64,000 bases of DNA from Malacoraja senta (lineage: Eukaryota). The stretch spans positions 14,572,001 through 14,636,000 of the forward strand of contig CM075988.1 in the NCBI GenBank assembly GCA_038087875.1. Direction: 5' to 3'. The notes under the pieces are model-generated. The model saw only the letters and a program-made list of their open reading frames with translations, was not told where the DNA came from and made no database searches. Positions 32,373 through 44,690 of the stretch are shown one piece after another (positions within the stretch are counted from its first letter, which is position 1; every line of letters starts with the position of its first letter). A program made the position numbers and the translations under genes.

Positions 32373-33951
32373 GTCAATATTTCATCAGAAAATGAATAAA
32401 AGATGATTTAATGATCTAAGCTGTCGAGAGAGCAGCATAGTAACATTTACCCTTTCAGATTAAATCAACCAGACCCAAGGCCATTGCTTAAAAATTGGGT
32501 ATGAGCAGCAGTGGGTACAATACTAAGTATGAATAAGTTGCAAGTGGAGTTGGAGAGTTGACCAATACATAAAATGTTTGATGGTGCAACATAGAAAAAA
32601 TTAAGAATGGAAAGTTCACAAAACAACCTTGAATATACATATAGTGGAATATTTTTCACAGTTAGAAAGCAGACTGCTTTCAATTTGACCTCCAATTCAA
32701 CCTATACCATTTTTCAAGGCTGTATAAAACTAAAATGTGGTGGGGGAAAAAACCATGATGCCTGCAAAGCAACCTAAATTGATGCAAGATTCCACCGACC
32801 TAATTTATAGGTTGGAAAGTAACTCTTGGTGTAAAACAACCTGTCAAGAAGCACATCGTTCCTCTCACTAACTGAGTCTCTTCAATATTGATGGGAGTGA
32901 AAGAAATGATTAAGTGCACCTACGCATTGATCCAGAACCCTTTAACTAAGTTTTCAACTGCAATCAACTGGTCACTTCCAACTAAGTGATGTTCTGCCTT
33001 AAGCAGTGAAAGTAAACCATTCCTAGCTTTGGTGGAAAGCATGTCGTAATGAATGAAAATTAGGACTGCCGGGTTCTTTTTTAATGTTTGAAAAATAGGG
33101 CTATGTCTCTTGGATCCTCTCCAGTTCCAAATAATCCCGTAAGAAATGTGTTTGCACCGATATCTTTACATAGATTGGGATAGAGGGTCTGAGGCATGAG
33201 GTAGGGTTAAACTCTCCCAAAAGCATCTCACTGTGGGTTTTTTCATGAGGAGCTGCACCAAAGAGCTGCGTGCAAAAATGAGGAAACTCAGATCAAGGAA
33301 TCAGAAAAGAAATATTTGGGTCACTGAATCTCCAAAGGATGACGATAAATCATAACATCCGAAATGAGAAGCAAGGCTTATCATAACATTACCCATTTTG
33401 GATTCTTCTTCCAAAGTTCTCAGCAGTGACTGCTCCCCGTACAATCTTCACAAAGAAGATAATTTTACATGGAATCAATTAAGACCCAGAGCTTCCTGGA
33501 AGTGACATCCAGCAATGATATATTTAAAAGCATCTCAGAAGGAATTGTCACCATGAGAAATACTCAGATTACATTAAAGAAACATTTTTTGACATCAATA
33601 AGGTTTCATTTCTATAGTTTTGGACGAATTGGGCAGTGCCTGTTATGAAGGGCACAGCTGACTAGGCCCCATAGTTGACTAAGCTTGATATATTAAAAGA
33701 CTTACTAATGGAGGCTGAGAAATTACAGCACAGTTTGGACGCAGCAGTTCTTGAAATGCAGTGGTCTTCAGAGTCCATACTTCGATCCAGGAGGGATGTT
33801 GGGGCAAATGAATAGCAAGAGTCCCAGCCTTAATCCCTGTGTTCTCATCAGAAATATAACAATAAATGCAAAACTACAGAATGCTGCAAAGGTTGTAGTG
33901 CATTTATAAACTAAAAGTGCAATAATGGGATAACTGAAGGAGCTAGAGTTA

Positions 33952-34643
33952 AGGGCCTGTCCCACTTGGGCATCATTTGCGCGTCATTTACTCGACAGGC
34001 CGGTAGTGACTGACGCGCTTCGGTCGCGCGACTGTTGCACGCAAATCACGCGTCATCATGCGTTAGCACAGCCATCTGGTGCGCGTGACGTCATTAGAAT
34101 ACCCTGCTTCCCTATTCTGCATCATGACCATCATGGAAGAACTACAGATTTTATTGCTACAGCAACAACAGAGACTTCTGTTAGCAGCAGCCCTCATACT
34201 TACAGATCAGCCAGGCAGGTGTACAACAAGAAAGACTAGCAAGAAACCCAGGAAGAGGCCTGTGAGGACAAGGTTAGAGGTTACATGACACAAAAAAGGC
34301 GGGCCGACTGCGTATGGGCGTCGCGCGGCGTCGCATGTTTACAGACATTGACGCGAGGTGACGTAACCATGCGTCACCAAGTGATACAGCATGCGACGCC
34401 AATGCGTCAGCGGGCGTAGCCAATACGTCAGCGTGCGTAAGCGATACGTCACGCAGGTGGCGAGCGAGGATTTTGGTACACTACGAAATTGTGGAGCGCC
34501 GCGCAATACCGCGCGCCACTTCATGCGATTCCACGCCTCACCATGCGCTATGCGCACGTCACCCACGTGTCCCCCACGCGTCGACCAATTTTCTACATGA
34601 CGCGTAAATGAGGTGCAAATGACGCCCAAGTGGGACAGGCCCT
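33952..34643. mobile_element. Non-autonomous PIF/Harbinger transposon, 692 bp
   Basis: 40-bp TIRs with 3 mismatches, starting AGGGCCTGTCCCACTTGGGC. Perfect TTA TSD (33949-33951 / 34644-34646). CpG-rich subterminal TGACG/CGTCA repeats. Confidence 0.9.
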
Positions 34644-34689
34644 TTAAGAGTAAGAGTTTTTGGCAGCACCTCCAGGAAGTGAGTGTGAA

Positions 34690-34890
34690 ATAATTGATTG
34701 GTTCAGAAGTCTGATTGCAGTGTGGAAGAAACTGTTCTTAAATCTGGACGTCTAGGTTTTTAAGCTCCTGCATCTTCTCCAAGAAGGTAGAAGGGAAAAA
34801 GGTGAATGGCCAGGGTGATAGGGATCCTTGACGATACTTCTAGCCTTCCTGATGCAATGCTCCAGGTCCATGCAATCAACTGCAGAAGTA
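34690..34890 (-). mobile_element. Rex1/Babar LINE 3' fragment
   Basis: The reverse complement encodes a decayed KDPYHPGHSPFSLLPS...FKNSFFHTAIRLL-like C-terminus. Confidence 0.6.
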
Positions 34891-35928
34891 TCCTTTCAAA
34901 ATACTATCTAACACACATCTGCAGTAGTTTGAGAGAATTTTCAAGAGAAGCAAGAAAACACTTCTTAGCAACGTACATGGCAGGGTATACGTTGTCACAA
35001 ACGCAGAAGTATATATTGAGGTATTTAATTCTTAAATTTAGCTCTAATTAAAATAGAACAAGAGTAAATAAAAAAAATCAAAGAAATCACAACCACTGGA
35101 AATCTGAAATAAAAGTTAAAAGTAGCAGAAACGTTGAACAAGTCAGGCAATATCTGTGAAAGAGAAAATGTGTCTGATGAGTGTCTTTGACCTGAAACAG
35201 TCGCATTGTTTCTCTCTCCACAGATGCTGCCTGCCCCGCTGAGCATTTCTTGAATTTTGTAGGTCATCCCTGGGTAACAAACGCATTCCGTTTCTACAAA
35301 TGGCCATAAGTTGATTTCCACATTATAGTTAAGAATTGCATCAAAGGCAATCAGTCTGACAAGGAACAATTTAACAACAAAAGTGTGGAGAGAGAGGAAA
35401 CTAGTTCTGCCATTTGCAGGAATGAATGTATGTACATACATAGAACTTATTAACGAACGTAATAATATTATGGAAGCTTCTTGTAATAAAGGGATGTCCA
35501 TAAATATTTTTTTTACCGGTGTTGGCCAGTATTTAAGAATAAACAAATCATGGAGAGAATGCAAATTTAGCTCTAGAAAAATACAGTACAAGATCTTTTA
35601 AAAATGTGCCTGTTAGGGAGTTCCAACATGCCTTACACATCAGTATTTTGTGCTCATATACTCTCCTCAAACTACAGCAGTAGCTTCAAGCACAGCAGGA
35701 AATAAAGTCATTCATCTATGCATTATTGCAATATGTTGAGCATTTTACAATATGAAATACAGTGTAATCTCATCACTGAGACCATACTGTATTTCTTATT
35801 TCTTTTAATGCATTTTAATGGCTTATAAAAAGTCACATTAAAAATAGACAGTGAGATATGCAGTGAGATAAAAAGGAAGTGTCTCCGCCTCTTCCCTTCT
35901 CTTCCTGCCCCCCCACCCCCACATCAGT

Positions 35929-35956
35929 CTGAAGAAGGGTCTCGACCCGAAACGTC
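35929..35956 (+). ncRNA. Minimal hammerhead ribozyme core (predicted) within pLTR repeat 35885-36022
   Basis: CTGAAGA-A-GGGT(CTCG)ACCC-GAAA-CG-TC. Core and stem II are intact; cis stem I is weak (agt/gcc). Confidence 0.5.
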
Positions 35957-36239
35957 GCCTATTTCCTTCGCTCCACAGATGCTGCCTCACCTGCTGAGTT
36001 TCTCCAACATTTTTGTCTACCTCAAAAATAGACAAGCTACTCGAACATGAGACTCATCAGAAAATGTGACATTAGGAATGAGTGCATTTTGGATCCAACA
36101 ATCATTCTGTGTTGTGCTTATGAACAATTTTTTTTGGCCCTGAATGGCAGTAACAAGATGGTAGCTCTACCCATGTGAAAGGCCATCCTGATTAGATTCA
36201 TAGAGCCATACAGCATTAAAAAAACTGGCCCTCCAAATG

Positions 36240-36610
36240 GGTTCTCCCAACTTCTCTTCTTAAATACAGGAACAACATTAGCTACTCTCCAGTCCTCTGG
36301 GATCTCACCTGTGTGTAGAGAAGACACAAAGATCTTTGTCAAGGTTCCCACAATCTCTTTTCTTGCCTCTCTCAATAACCCAAGATAAATTCCATCAGGT
36401 CCCAGGGATTCATCTCCCTTAATGCTCTTCAAGAGCCACAACACCTCCTCCTTCTTAATCTCAAACTGCCCATGCATATCTCACTGTCTTCACTGTCCTC
36501 CATGTACTTCTCCTTGATAAAAATAGATCCAAAGTTCTCGCCTACATCCCCGGACTCCAAGCACAAATCCATTCCTTTGTCCTTGACCGGTCCTGCCTTC
36601 CACCTCATAC
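36240..36610 (-). mobile_element. CR1 ORF2 fragment (linker/RT start)
   Basis: EIKKEEVLWLLKSIKGDESLGPDGIYLGLLREA...TGEIPEDWRVANVVPVFKK. Confidence 0.85.
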
Positions 36611-38069
36611 ATTCAGCCACAGTTCAGGAAACAAACTGAGAGAAACAGATCAGGTTTAAGGAACTTTGGCAATGGTAGGGAATAATATAGGAACAGAATA
36701 GACCCTTGTGTTTTTAGGAAAGAAAAGCATCAAAAGCACAACTATATGATGCATTCTCGTCCCTTTACAGTTTTGTTCAGTCATGCATTCTGATCATGTA
36801 CCACATCCTATTGGTGCCATTTTCCAGTTGACTGTGCAAATACCAATCAAGTAAAAGTAAACAAATGGATGTGCCCAATGGAGAACAGGATTAAAGCATG
36901 TACAGTATGTCTCTTGTTCATGTGACTGCAAGTCCTCAAACTTTAGTTCTGCATTAATTTTCTTTAAAAAAAAATCCCTCCTGTAAGCTATTCTCACGCT
37001 CTGCTCTCTTGTGAATGCCTGGATTATTCAGCTTGCTGAGAGCAGCACGGCTGGGTTAAAGATTCAGATTCAGGGCACCGGGGTTGTGGAACCAAAATTC
37101 CCCCACAGGAAGGATCTGTGCATTGGCAGAGGTGGCTAAAGTTCCTGCAGGTGCCTGACACATTTTTAGTCCAAAAATAAAATTTAATCAGAATAAAGAA
37201 AATACATACAAAACGAGAACAGTGCAAAAAAACTCGTCTGATATTCTCAGCATGTCATTCATTAGTGTTATATTCAGTAGTGTTCGCGAACTATCTTTAT
37301 ATCAAGCACCTTTGGCACTCATGTGGCACTCTGGGTTGATATCCCTTCCCTTCTTTGCATAGTGTCTCCACCAGATCCTGCCTCTAAACGTCCCACCATG
37401 GAAGGACCCTCGACTGTGCTTTTCCAATTGTAAATATCCCTGTACACAACTGATTTAATAAAGGAAGGTAGACACAAAATGCTGGCGTAACTCAGCAGGA
37501 CAGGCAGCATCTCTGGAGAGAAGGAATGGATAATGTTTCGGGTTGAGATGATTTAATAAGGAACTTGGTTTACTCCTAAGGAGCACATAATTTGCATCTC
37601 CATTAGTCACTTTTGATCTAACAGGTTTGATCTAAACAACAGGTTTATTTGCCCTTGGGAGTTGGGACATGTCAGTCAGGTCAGCCCTGAGTTACTCTAA
37701 GATAGAGTCAAATAGTCTTGTTATTTTACAATTGAAATGATTTGGTCACCATCAATTGACACTGTGGAGTAACTGCTTATTCATGTACCTCACAGGCCTC
37801 TGCACCCTTTCTTCATTTCTTACACAGTTCATATCACACTTAAAGCATCAGCCACCCCAAGAGATTGCATGTATTTTTTTTCTTATGGGGCATTATAAGA
37901 CAAATTGAGTGTTGACAACAATCCAATGTTTTTTGGGATTTTTTTAGTTTCCTAATTCCATTCCATAAATTATCTGAAATAATTATTCAATTTCCCACAT
38001 TGCTGACGTGAGTTTTGAACTCTTGAACCCCAGCATTATAATCACAATGAATTGTCATCCAGTGCCATG

Positions 38070-39629
38070 GATACATAGATACATAGAAAATAGGTGCAGG
38101 AGTAGGCCATTCGGCCCTTCGAGCCTGCACCGCCATTCAATATGATCATGGCTGATCATCCAACTCAGTATCCCGTACCTGCCTTCTCTCAATACCCCCT
38201 GATCCCCTTAGCCACAAGGGCCACATCTAACTCCCACTTAAATATAGCGAATGAACTGGCCTCAACTACCCTCTGTGGCAGAGAGTTCCAGAGATTCACC
38301 ACTCTCTGTGTGAAAAAGATTTTCCTCATCTCGGTCTTAAAGGATTTCCCCCTTATCCTTAAGCTGTGACCCCTTGTCCTGGACTTCCCTAACATCGGGA
38401 ACAATCTTCCTGCATCTAGCCTGTCCAACCCCATAAGAATTTTGTATGTTTCTATGAGATCCCCTCTCAATCTCCTAAATTCTAGCGAGTATAAGCCAAA
38501 TCTATCCAGTCTTTTTTCATATGAAAGTCCTGCCATCCCAGGAATCAGTCTGGTGAACCTTCTCTGCACTCCCTCTATGGCTATAATGTCCTTCCTCAGA
38601 TTTGGAGACCAAAACCGTACGCAATACTCCAGGTGTGGTCTCACCAAGACCCTGTACAACTGCAGTAGAACCTCCCTGCTCCTATACTCAAATCCTCTTG
38701 CTATGAAGGCCAACATACCATTCGCTTTCTTCACTGCCTGCTGCACCTGCATGCCTACTTTCACTGACTGGTGTACCATGACACCCAGGTCTCGTTGCAT
38801 CTCCCCATTTCCTAATCGGCCACCATTTAGATAATAGTCTGCCTTCCCGTTTTTGCCACCAAAGTGAATAACCTCACATTTATCCACATTATACTGCATC
38901 TGCCAAACATTTGCCCACTCACCCAGCCTATCCAAGTCACCTTGCAGTCTCCTAGCATCCTCCTCACAGCTAACACTGCCCCCCAGCTTAGTGTCATCCG
39001 CAAACTTTGAGATGTTGCTTTCAATTCCCTCGTCCAGCTCATTAATATAAATTGTAAATAGCTGGGGTCCCAGCACTGAGCCTTGCGGTACCCCACTAGT
39101 CACTGCCTGCCATTGTGAAAAGGACCCGTTTACTCCTACTCTTTGCTTCCTGTTTGCCAGCCAGTTCTCTATCCACATCAATACTGAACCCCCAATACCG
39201 TGTGATTTAAGTTTGTATCCTAATCTCTTATGTGGTACCTTGTCGAAAGCCTTCTGAAAGTCCAGATACAACACATCCACTGGTTCTCCCCTATCCACTC
39301 TACTAGTTACATCCTCTAAAAATTCTATAAGATTCGTCAGACACGATTTACCTTTTGTAAATCCATGCTGACTTTGTCCAATGATTTCACCACTTTCCAA
39401 ATGTGCTGCTATCCCATCTTTAATAACTGACTCTAGCAGTTTCCCCACTACCGATGTTAGACTAACTGGTCTGTAATTCCCCGTTTTCTCTCTCCCTCCC
39501 TTCTTAAAAAGTGGGGTTACGTTTGCTACCCTCCAATCCTCAGGAACTACTCCAGAATCTAAGGAGTTTTGAAAAATTATCACTAATGCATCCACTATTT
39601 CTGGAGGTACTTCCTTAAGTACTCTGGGA
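38070..39629 (-). mobile_element. Young 5'-truncated CR1 LINE (RT + 3'UTR), same subfamily as 25279-28124
   Basis: 468-aa ORF nearly identical to the ORF at 26285-28024, ending at a premature TGA a few codons early. Same 3'UTR and (TCTATGTA) tail. Confidence 0.97.
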
Positions 39630-42345
39630 CTGCTAATATACCTTCAGTCAGGGGACATGCACCAAGTTCGGACTTCAGCACAAAACCTTGGATGATTTAA
39701 TTCACTATCTGCTGGAAGAAACAAGCCATGATCTCTTACCCTCAGCATTTTCTCTCCTTATTTATGATTTACTTTGATTTATTTGCTCAGGAATACAAAC
39801 AGCAATCACAAAGATTGCATTTACTGTCAATCCCTAGTTGCTCTTGCACTGAATTATATGAGATCTAGATAGGTCCGAACATCTATCCAGATTCCAATTC
39901 CAGATTTTACTTTAATTAAAATTCTTCATTCACCAAACAGTGTAGGCTGAAGAAGGGTCCCAACCTGAATGTTTCCTATCCATGTCCTCCAGAGTTACTG
40001 CCTGACCTGTTGAGCTACTCTAGTGCTTTGTGTTCTGTGTAAGATTCAAGCACCTGCAGTTCCTTGTGTTCATACAGTCCAGACTAATCTTGCAACCAAC
40101 AATCGTGGTATTACTTTCTCAAAGTGCTTGTCTTTATTTGCTTGGTGTCCAGCTTCTTGTGTTGACGGAGCTGCAAGTAAAGACAATGCCATCATTATCC
40201 TGGCATGTGTCCTGTAGATGGTGTAAATGGGGTCAGGAGATGAGTCTTTGGTCACATAGTAACCAGCCTATGTCTGTACTTATAGCCCAAAGATGTATGC
40301 AGCTGATCAATCTAGTTGTCAGCAACCCCCCCCCACCCTCCCCCTCCCCCCACCACCCTGCATGTTGATAGTGGGCAACTCAACGGTGCAGGACAATGGA
40401 CAACAATGTCCTGATCTCGGAGTTCAACTGCACTTATGCAGCCAGTATAAGTTACTGACCAATTAATTCTGTAATAACAATGAGAGTCGTTTGTCTTACA
40501 ATCCAACCATTGCTTCAGATAAATATAATATCTGCAAAATATCTAATAATAATCAAAAAAGAAACACTTCATCATTGAATTATGGCCTATTTATCATTGC
40601 TGAACTTGGTCCACTTTGAATCTTCTTGCTTGTTGTAACTTGTAGTTTCAATTTAAATTCAGATGATGGAACTATTAGCCTGATATCGACATTTCCATCA
40701 TGGCACCTTGAAGATACTGGTAGTGAACAAATTTTTCAGGGAAAAGGGAGAAGACAGAAAAATATTAATTTAACAAAATAATAAAACCTAATGTGGGCAA
40801 TTCAAATCTAAAATATTATGGATACTGGCAGTTTGAAAATAAACAGTAAATGCAAGAAATCCTCAGCAAATCAGACAACATCCATGGAGTGAGAAACAGT
40901 TACTATTCCACAAGAAGACCGTTTAATCAGAACTGTTCAAATGAAAGGTCAGCGTCCGGAAACGTGAAGTCTATTTTCCTCTGTAAAGATACCACCTGAA
41001 CTGGTGAGAAATAAATTTTGGTTTTGCCTTTATTTTATGAAATGACTAAACTCATATTTTTCATGTCTAAATTAAATAGGAGATGGTGAATTGTAAGCTT
41101 GCTCTGCAGATCATTCAAGCTTTAAAGTTTAACAGGAACAATAATTGCACATTTTATTCGGAAGATTCCTCAAGATAGGATTCAACGGCATTTACTAAAA
41201 CAGTCTGAATTCGTCATCTCCTGTCCACATTTTCCATTTATGAAATTCAATATTGCTCTCTGCCGCACTTTCGGGAAGCTGATTATACACATTCTGGGTT
41301 AGGTATTGTACACAAATGTGCAAACAATGCTTATCCAAACAGATACTTTACCAGTATGTTCACAAAGTATTTATTCTAAGGATTCATTTGATTTATCTTC
41401 TTTCTTTGTTTCTATTTCTGATTTTAAAAAGTTTGTAAAACAACACCTAAAACATAATAACTAAGAGCTGGTTCTAACCAATTGTGATAGTTTAATTTAA
41501 TCACTGTGCCATCCTTTAATTCCAGCAATTTATTGCATTGCATAATGATCCCCTGTCTATCGGCTAATTATCCTATCATTGTCAGAATAAGAAAGCCCCT
41601 AATTATTTACCTGGACTATTTAAATAGAGGGTTATAATTAATTATCGAAATTCAAATAAAGGAGATAATTAGTTAACTATCAGCAGGTATTAAAATTTCC
41701 TTCCGCTAACTTAAACTGAATAGCTCCGTTTAGCAAAAGGTGGTTATTGTGATAAAACATCACTGTTTCCCATTTGACCTGATCAACTGGACTATTTTGA
41801 AATCTGCACAGAAATGGCTGCACTCAACTTAGATATCCCTACTTCAATGTAGAATTCTGCCACATTTTAAAAAATGGCATCTGCTGATCTGCATAATGTA
41901 CATTATAGTGTTACAATCCAGCGTTATAGCATTACAATATTAAGGTTCTGGCATCCATCCAGGCCTATACCTCCAGGTAGACCAGGATTGGGCTACCTCA
42001 AAAGCAGTCTTTCTTTAGGCTTAAAGTAGGTCAGATGTGGTGCAATGAGAATTAACTCCTCTTCTACTTGTTTTAATTACTCCATAACATCGTATGAATT
42101 GGTGCAAATTTAAAATCACTTTTATAGGTTTTTTTTTAGCACATTAATCAACTTTTGTTAAGAAAGGCAACTATTATTACAAATGCATACATTATTGCAT
42201 TAGATTTTTTCATGATGTTATTAAAATATACAATAATTCTATGTAGACCATTTATCAAATGTGAATTGCTTACAGCTTTTTATATTGTCGATCTACCTGA
42301 GAAAATGACTAGCCTGTGGTACTCATGAAGTTAGGTTTCTATTAA

Positions 42346-43567
42346 TCACTATACATAAAACTCTGATCATGAATGTGGATGTATTTATTTGTGTGTGTAT
42401 TTGTTCGTCTGCGATTCACATATCCTCGAAAACACGATGCACTAACGGTGACATTTTTACATATTCCGATAGAGATTTATGTCATGATGTCAAAAATCAC
42501 CTCATCTGAAAATCTGATGCATTATTTCCCGAGTTATTTATGAAAATGTTCAAAAAATTCAAATAACTTGGTATATAAACGAGATGGTCTCGCTGATGAC
42601 GGCACAATGGCTCTGACTGCCTGCCTCTGTTCGCGCTGTGAGTGACGTCACCCCTGCTGCTCAGGTCGTCCTGTGCGCTCTGCTGGGCTCCTTGAAATTC
42701 TAGAACATTGCTGCGGCGGCTGTTATCTCCGCGCGGGCGCGGGTGAGGGTGCAGGACAGCGTGATGGGAACTTGATCGTGGCGGACATTACTCCGTCTGG
42801 GAGAGGCTGTCTATGGAGACCTGGGGGGGATGGAGAGGGGGTGGGAGAGGGGGGAGAGGAGGTAGGAGAGGGGGGGAGGAGAGGGGGGTGGAGAGGGGGG
42901 GAAGGGGGCCTCGCTCGGGTCCACGCCCACCCGCAGCCTCGCTTGTGCCCGGCGCCTGGTGGGGAGGCTGCTGCTCTACAACCTGGATAGGTGCTGCTTC
43001 TACCCCCTCCCTCTGTGTCCCCTCCCTTTCTGCCCCCCCTCCCTCTCTGCTCCCCCCTCCTTCTCTGCCCGCCCACCTTCCTCTCTGCCCCCCTTCCTCT
43101 CTGCCCCTCCCTCCCTCTCTGCCCCCCCCCTCCATCTCTGACCCCCCCCTCCCTCTCTAGGGAGTGGTGAGTATTGGGACCTATGGGTGAGTGGTGGAGT
43201 ATTACGTTCGGGAACCAGCCCTCCCCTGTGACGCCCCCCACCCCTCAATCTCTAACCCCTTCCCTCTCCCTCTACCTCTCTAACCTCCTACCTCTCCCTC
43301 TCTAGCCCCTCCCCCTCCCTCTCCCCCCCCCTAGCCACACCTGCGCAGTTGGGGGTTATGCATGAATGGATAGGGCGGGCGATGGGGTAAAAGGAACGAA
43401 TGAATAATATTGATATAATATTAAGGGCGGGGGGTAGTGTGTGTGTGTGGGGGGTGGTTTGTGAGTGTGGGGGGTGGTTAGTGTGTGTGTGTGATGCCGC
43501 AGGCCGCCCCTCCCCCCAAAAAAAGTGCGTTGAGGGGACGGGACCCAACGGGTCCCCCTTGGTCTAG
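42346..43567 (+). mobile_element. Non-autonomous Helitron (~1.2 kb)
   Basis: 5' A|TCACTATACATAAAA; 3' hairpin GGGACCC-AAC-GGGTCCC (43540-43556) 7 nt before CTAG|T; no TSD; GC-rich interior in AT-rich flanks. The 3' end is well supported, the 5' boundary is inferred. Confidence 0.75.
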
Positions 43568-44424
43568 TATAGAATAATGTTCATGTTTAGCTGTCAGCAT
43601 ATCAATGTGGCTATTTGATTGCCTTTTTTTTAGCAGTGGCAAACTTAACTTTCTTTGCAAAACTGATAGTTACTTCAGTCCTATTCCACAATGTTAACTG
43701 CAATCACGGAAAATTAATGAACTAATAACAATTTCATTGTGCAGTAACTAGTCTTACTACAAAATAGATTGAATCTGTCTGCTTTATTTTTTTTCCGATA
43801 ATGGTACATTACGATTACAAATGAACAAACTGTCTAGCACTCATAAAAACAATTTTATGTCTATACAGCAATTATGTCAGAAGGAATACTTCAAAATATG
43901 TTTAATATTTCCTGCATATGTTGTTTCAACTTCTATCATCATCTGGCTGCTTCAACCTATATTCTGAAGGTCTGAATTTGTTAACCAAAATTTGTTCGTT
44001 TTGCTTTTCCTTTTTGTTCATTGCAGGACTTTAGTACAATTAGCTGCTAAATTCATTTGATGTCTTCACTCTTACTTGAAGCCACGGATCCCCGCTGAAC
44101 TAATGCCATGCAGAAAATGTTGTTGGTCAGGAAAAGTCTACATTGCAGAGATGGTTAAGTCTTCATGGGGCTGTTTCATTTAAGGATGTCATTGAGCAAT
44201 TTGTCGCTGATTGCAAGAACAAATTAAATAAATGCTTAAATATAATGAGATGATATTGAAGTGTTATTCTGATTGTGGGCATTGCACACAAAACAATGGT
44301 TACAGAATGAAGTTCCAGTCCTTATTTTGACCCAGAGTTGACATTATCCCTGGATCAACAAAAAACTCTGGTTCTCATCAATCTCATCTGAATGCAGCAA
44401 TCAGAACCAACTTGTTGATTTTAC

Positions 44425-44690
44425 CGGCACAATGGGGCAACTGCTAGAGCTGCTGCCTCACTGCGCCATAGAGCAGAGTTCGATCCTGACCTCGGTTGCT
44501 CTCTGTGTGGAGTTCCTATATTCTCTCCATGACCGCATGGGTTTCCTCTGGGTGGGTTCCTCCAACATCCCAGAGACATGCGGGTTTGTAGGTTAATTGG
44601 CCTCTGTAAATTGTCCATAGTGTGTAAGGAGTAGATGAGAAAGTGGGATTATATAGAACTAGTGTGAACAGAGGATCGATGGTTGGTGGG
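44425..44690 (+). mobile_element. V-SINE (HE1-like)
   Basis: agagctgctgcctcac...gttcgatcctgacctcgg...gtggagttcctatattctctccatgacc...cccagagacatgcgggtttgtagg. Confidence 0.75.

Noticed and set aside
35025..35591. 188-aa ORF (similarly 15882-16502, 206 aa)
   Set aside because: No recognisable domain; runs through degraded repeat sequence and AT-rich non-coding DNA.
39945..39985. Additional hammerhead-like cores (also 45770, 56065, 57445, 31685)
   Set aside because: Conserved core nucleotides (CUGA or GAAA) are mutated, so these are counted as decayed family copies, not predicted ribozymes.
42673..43548. Several Gly/Pro/Arg-rich ORFs and an apparent CpG-island promoter
   Set aside because: Low-complexity G/C tracts inside a Helitron-bounded insertion, with no domain-like sequence.
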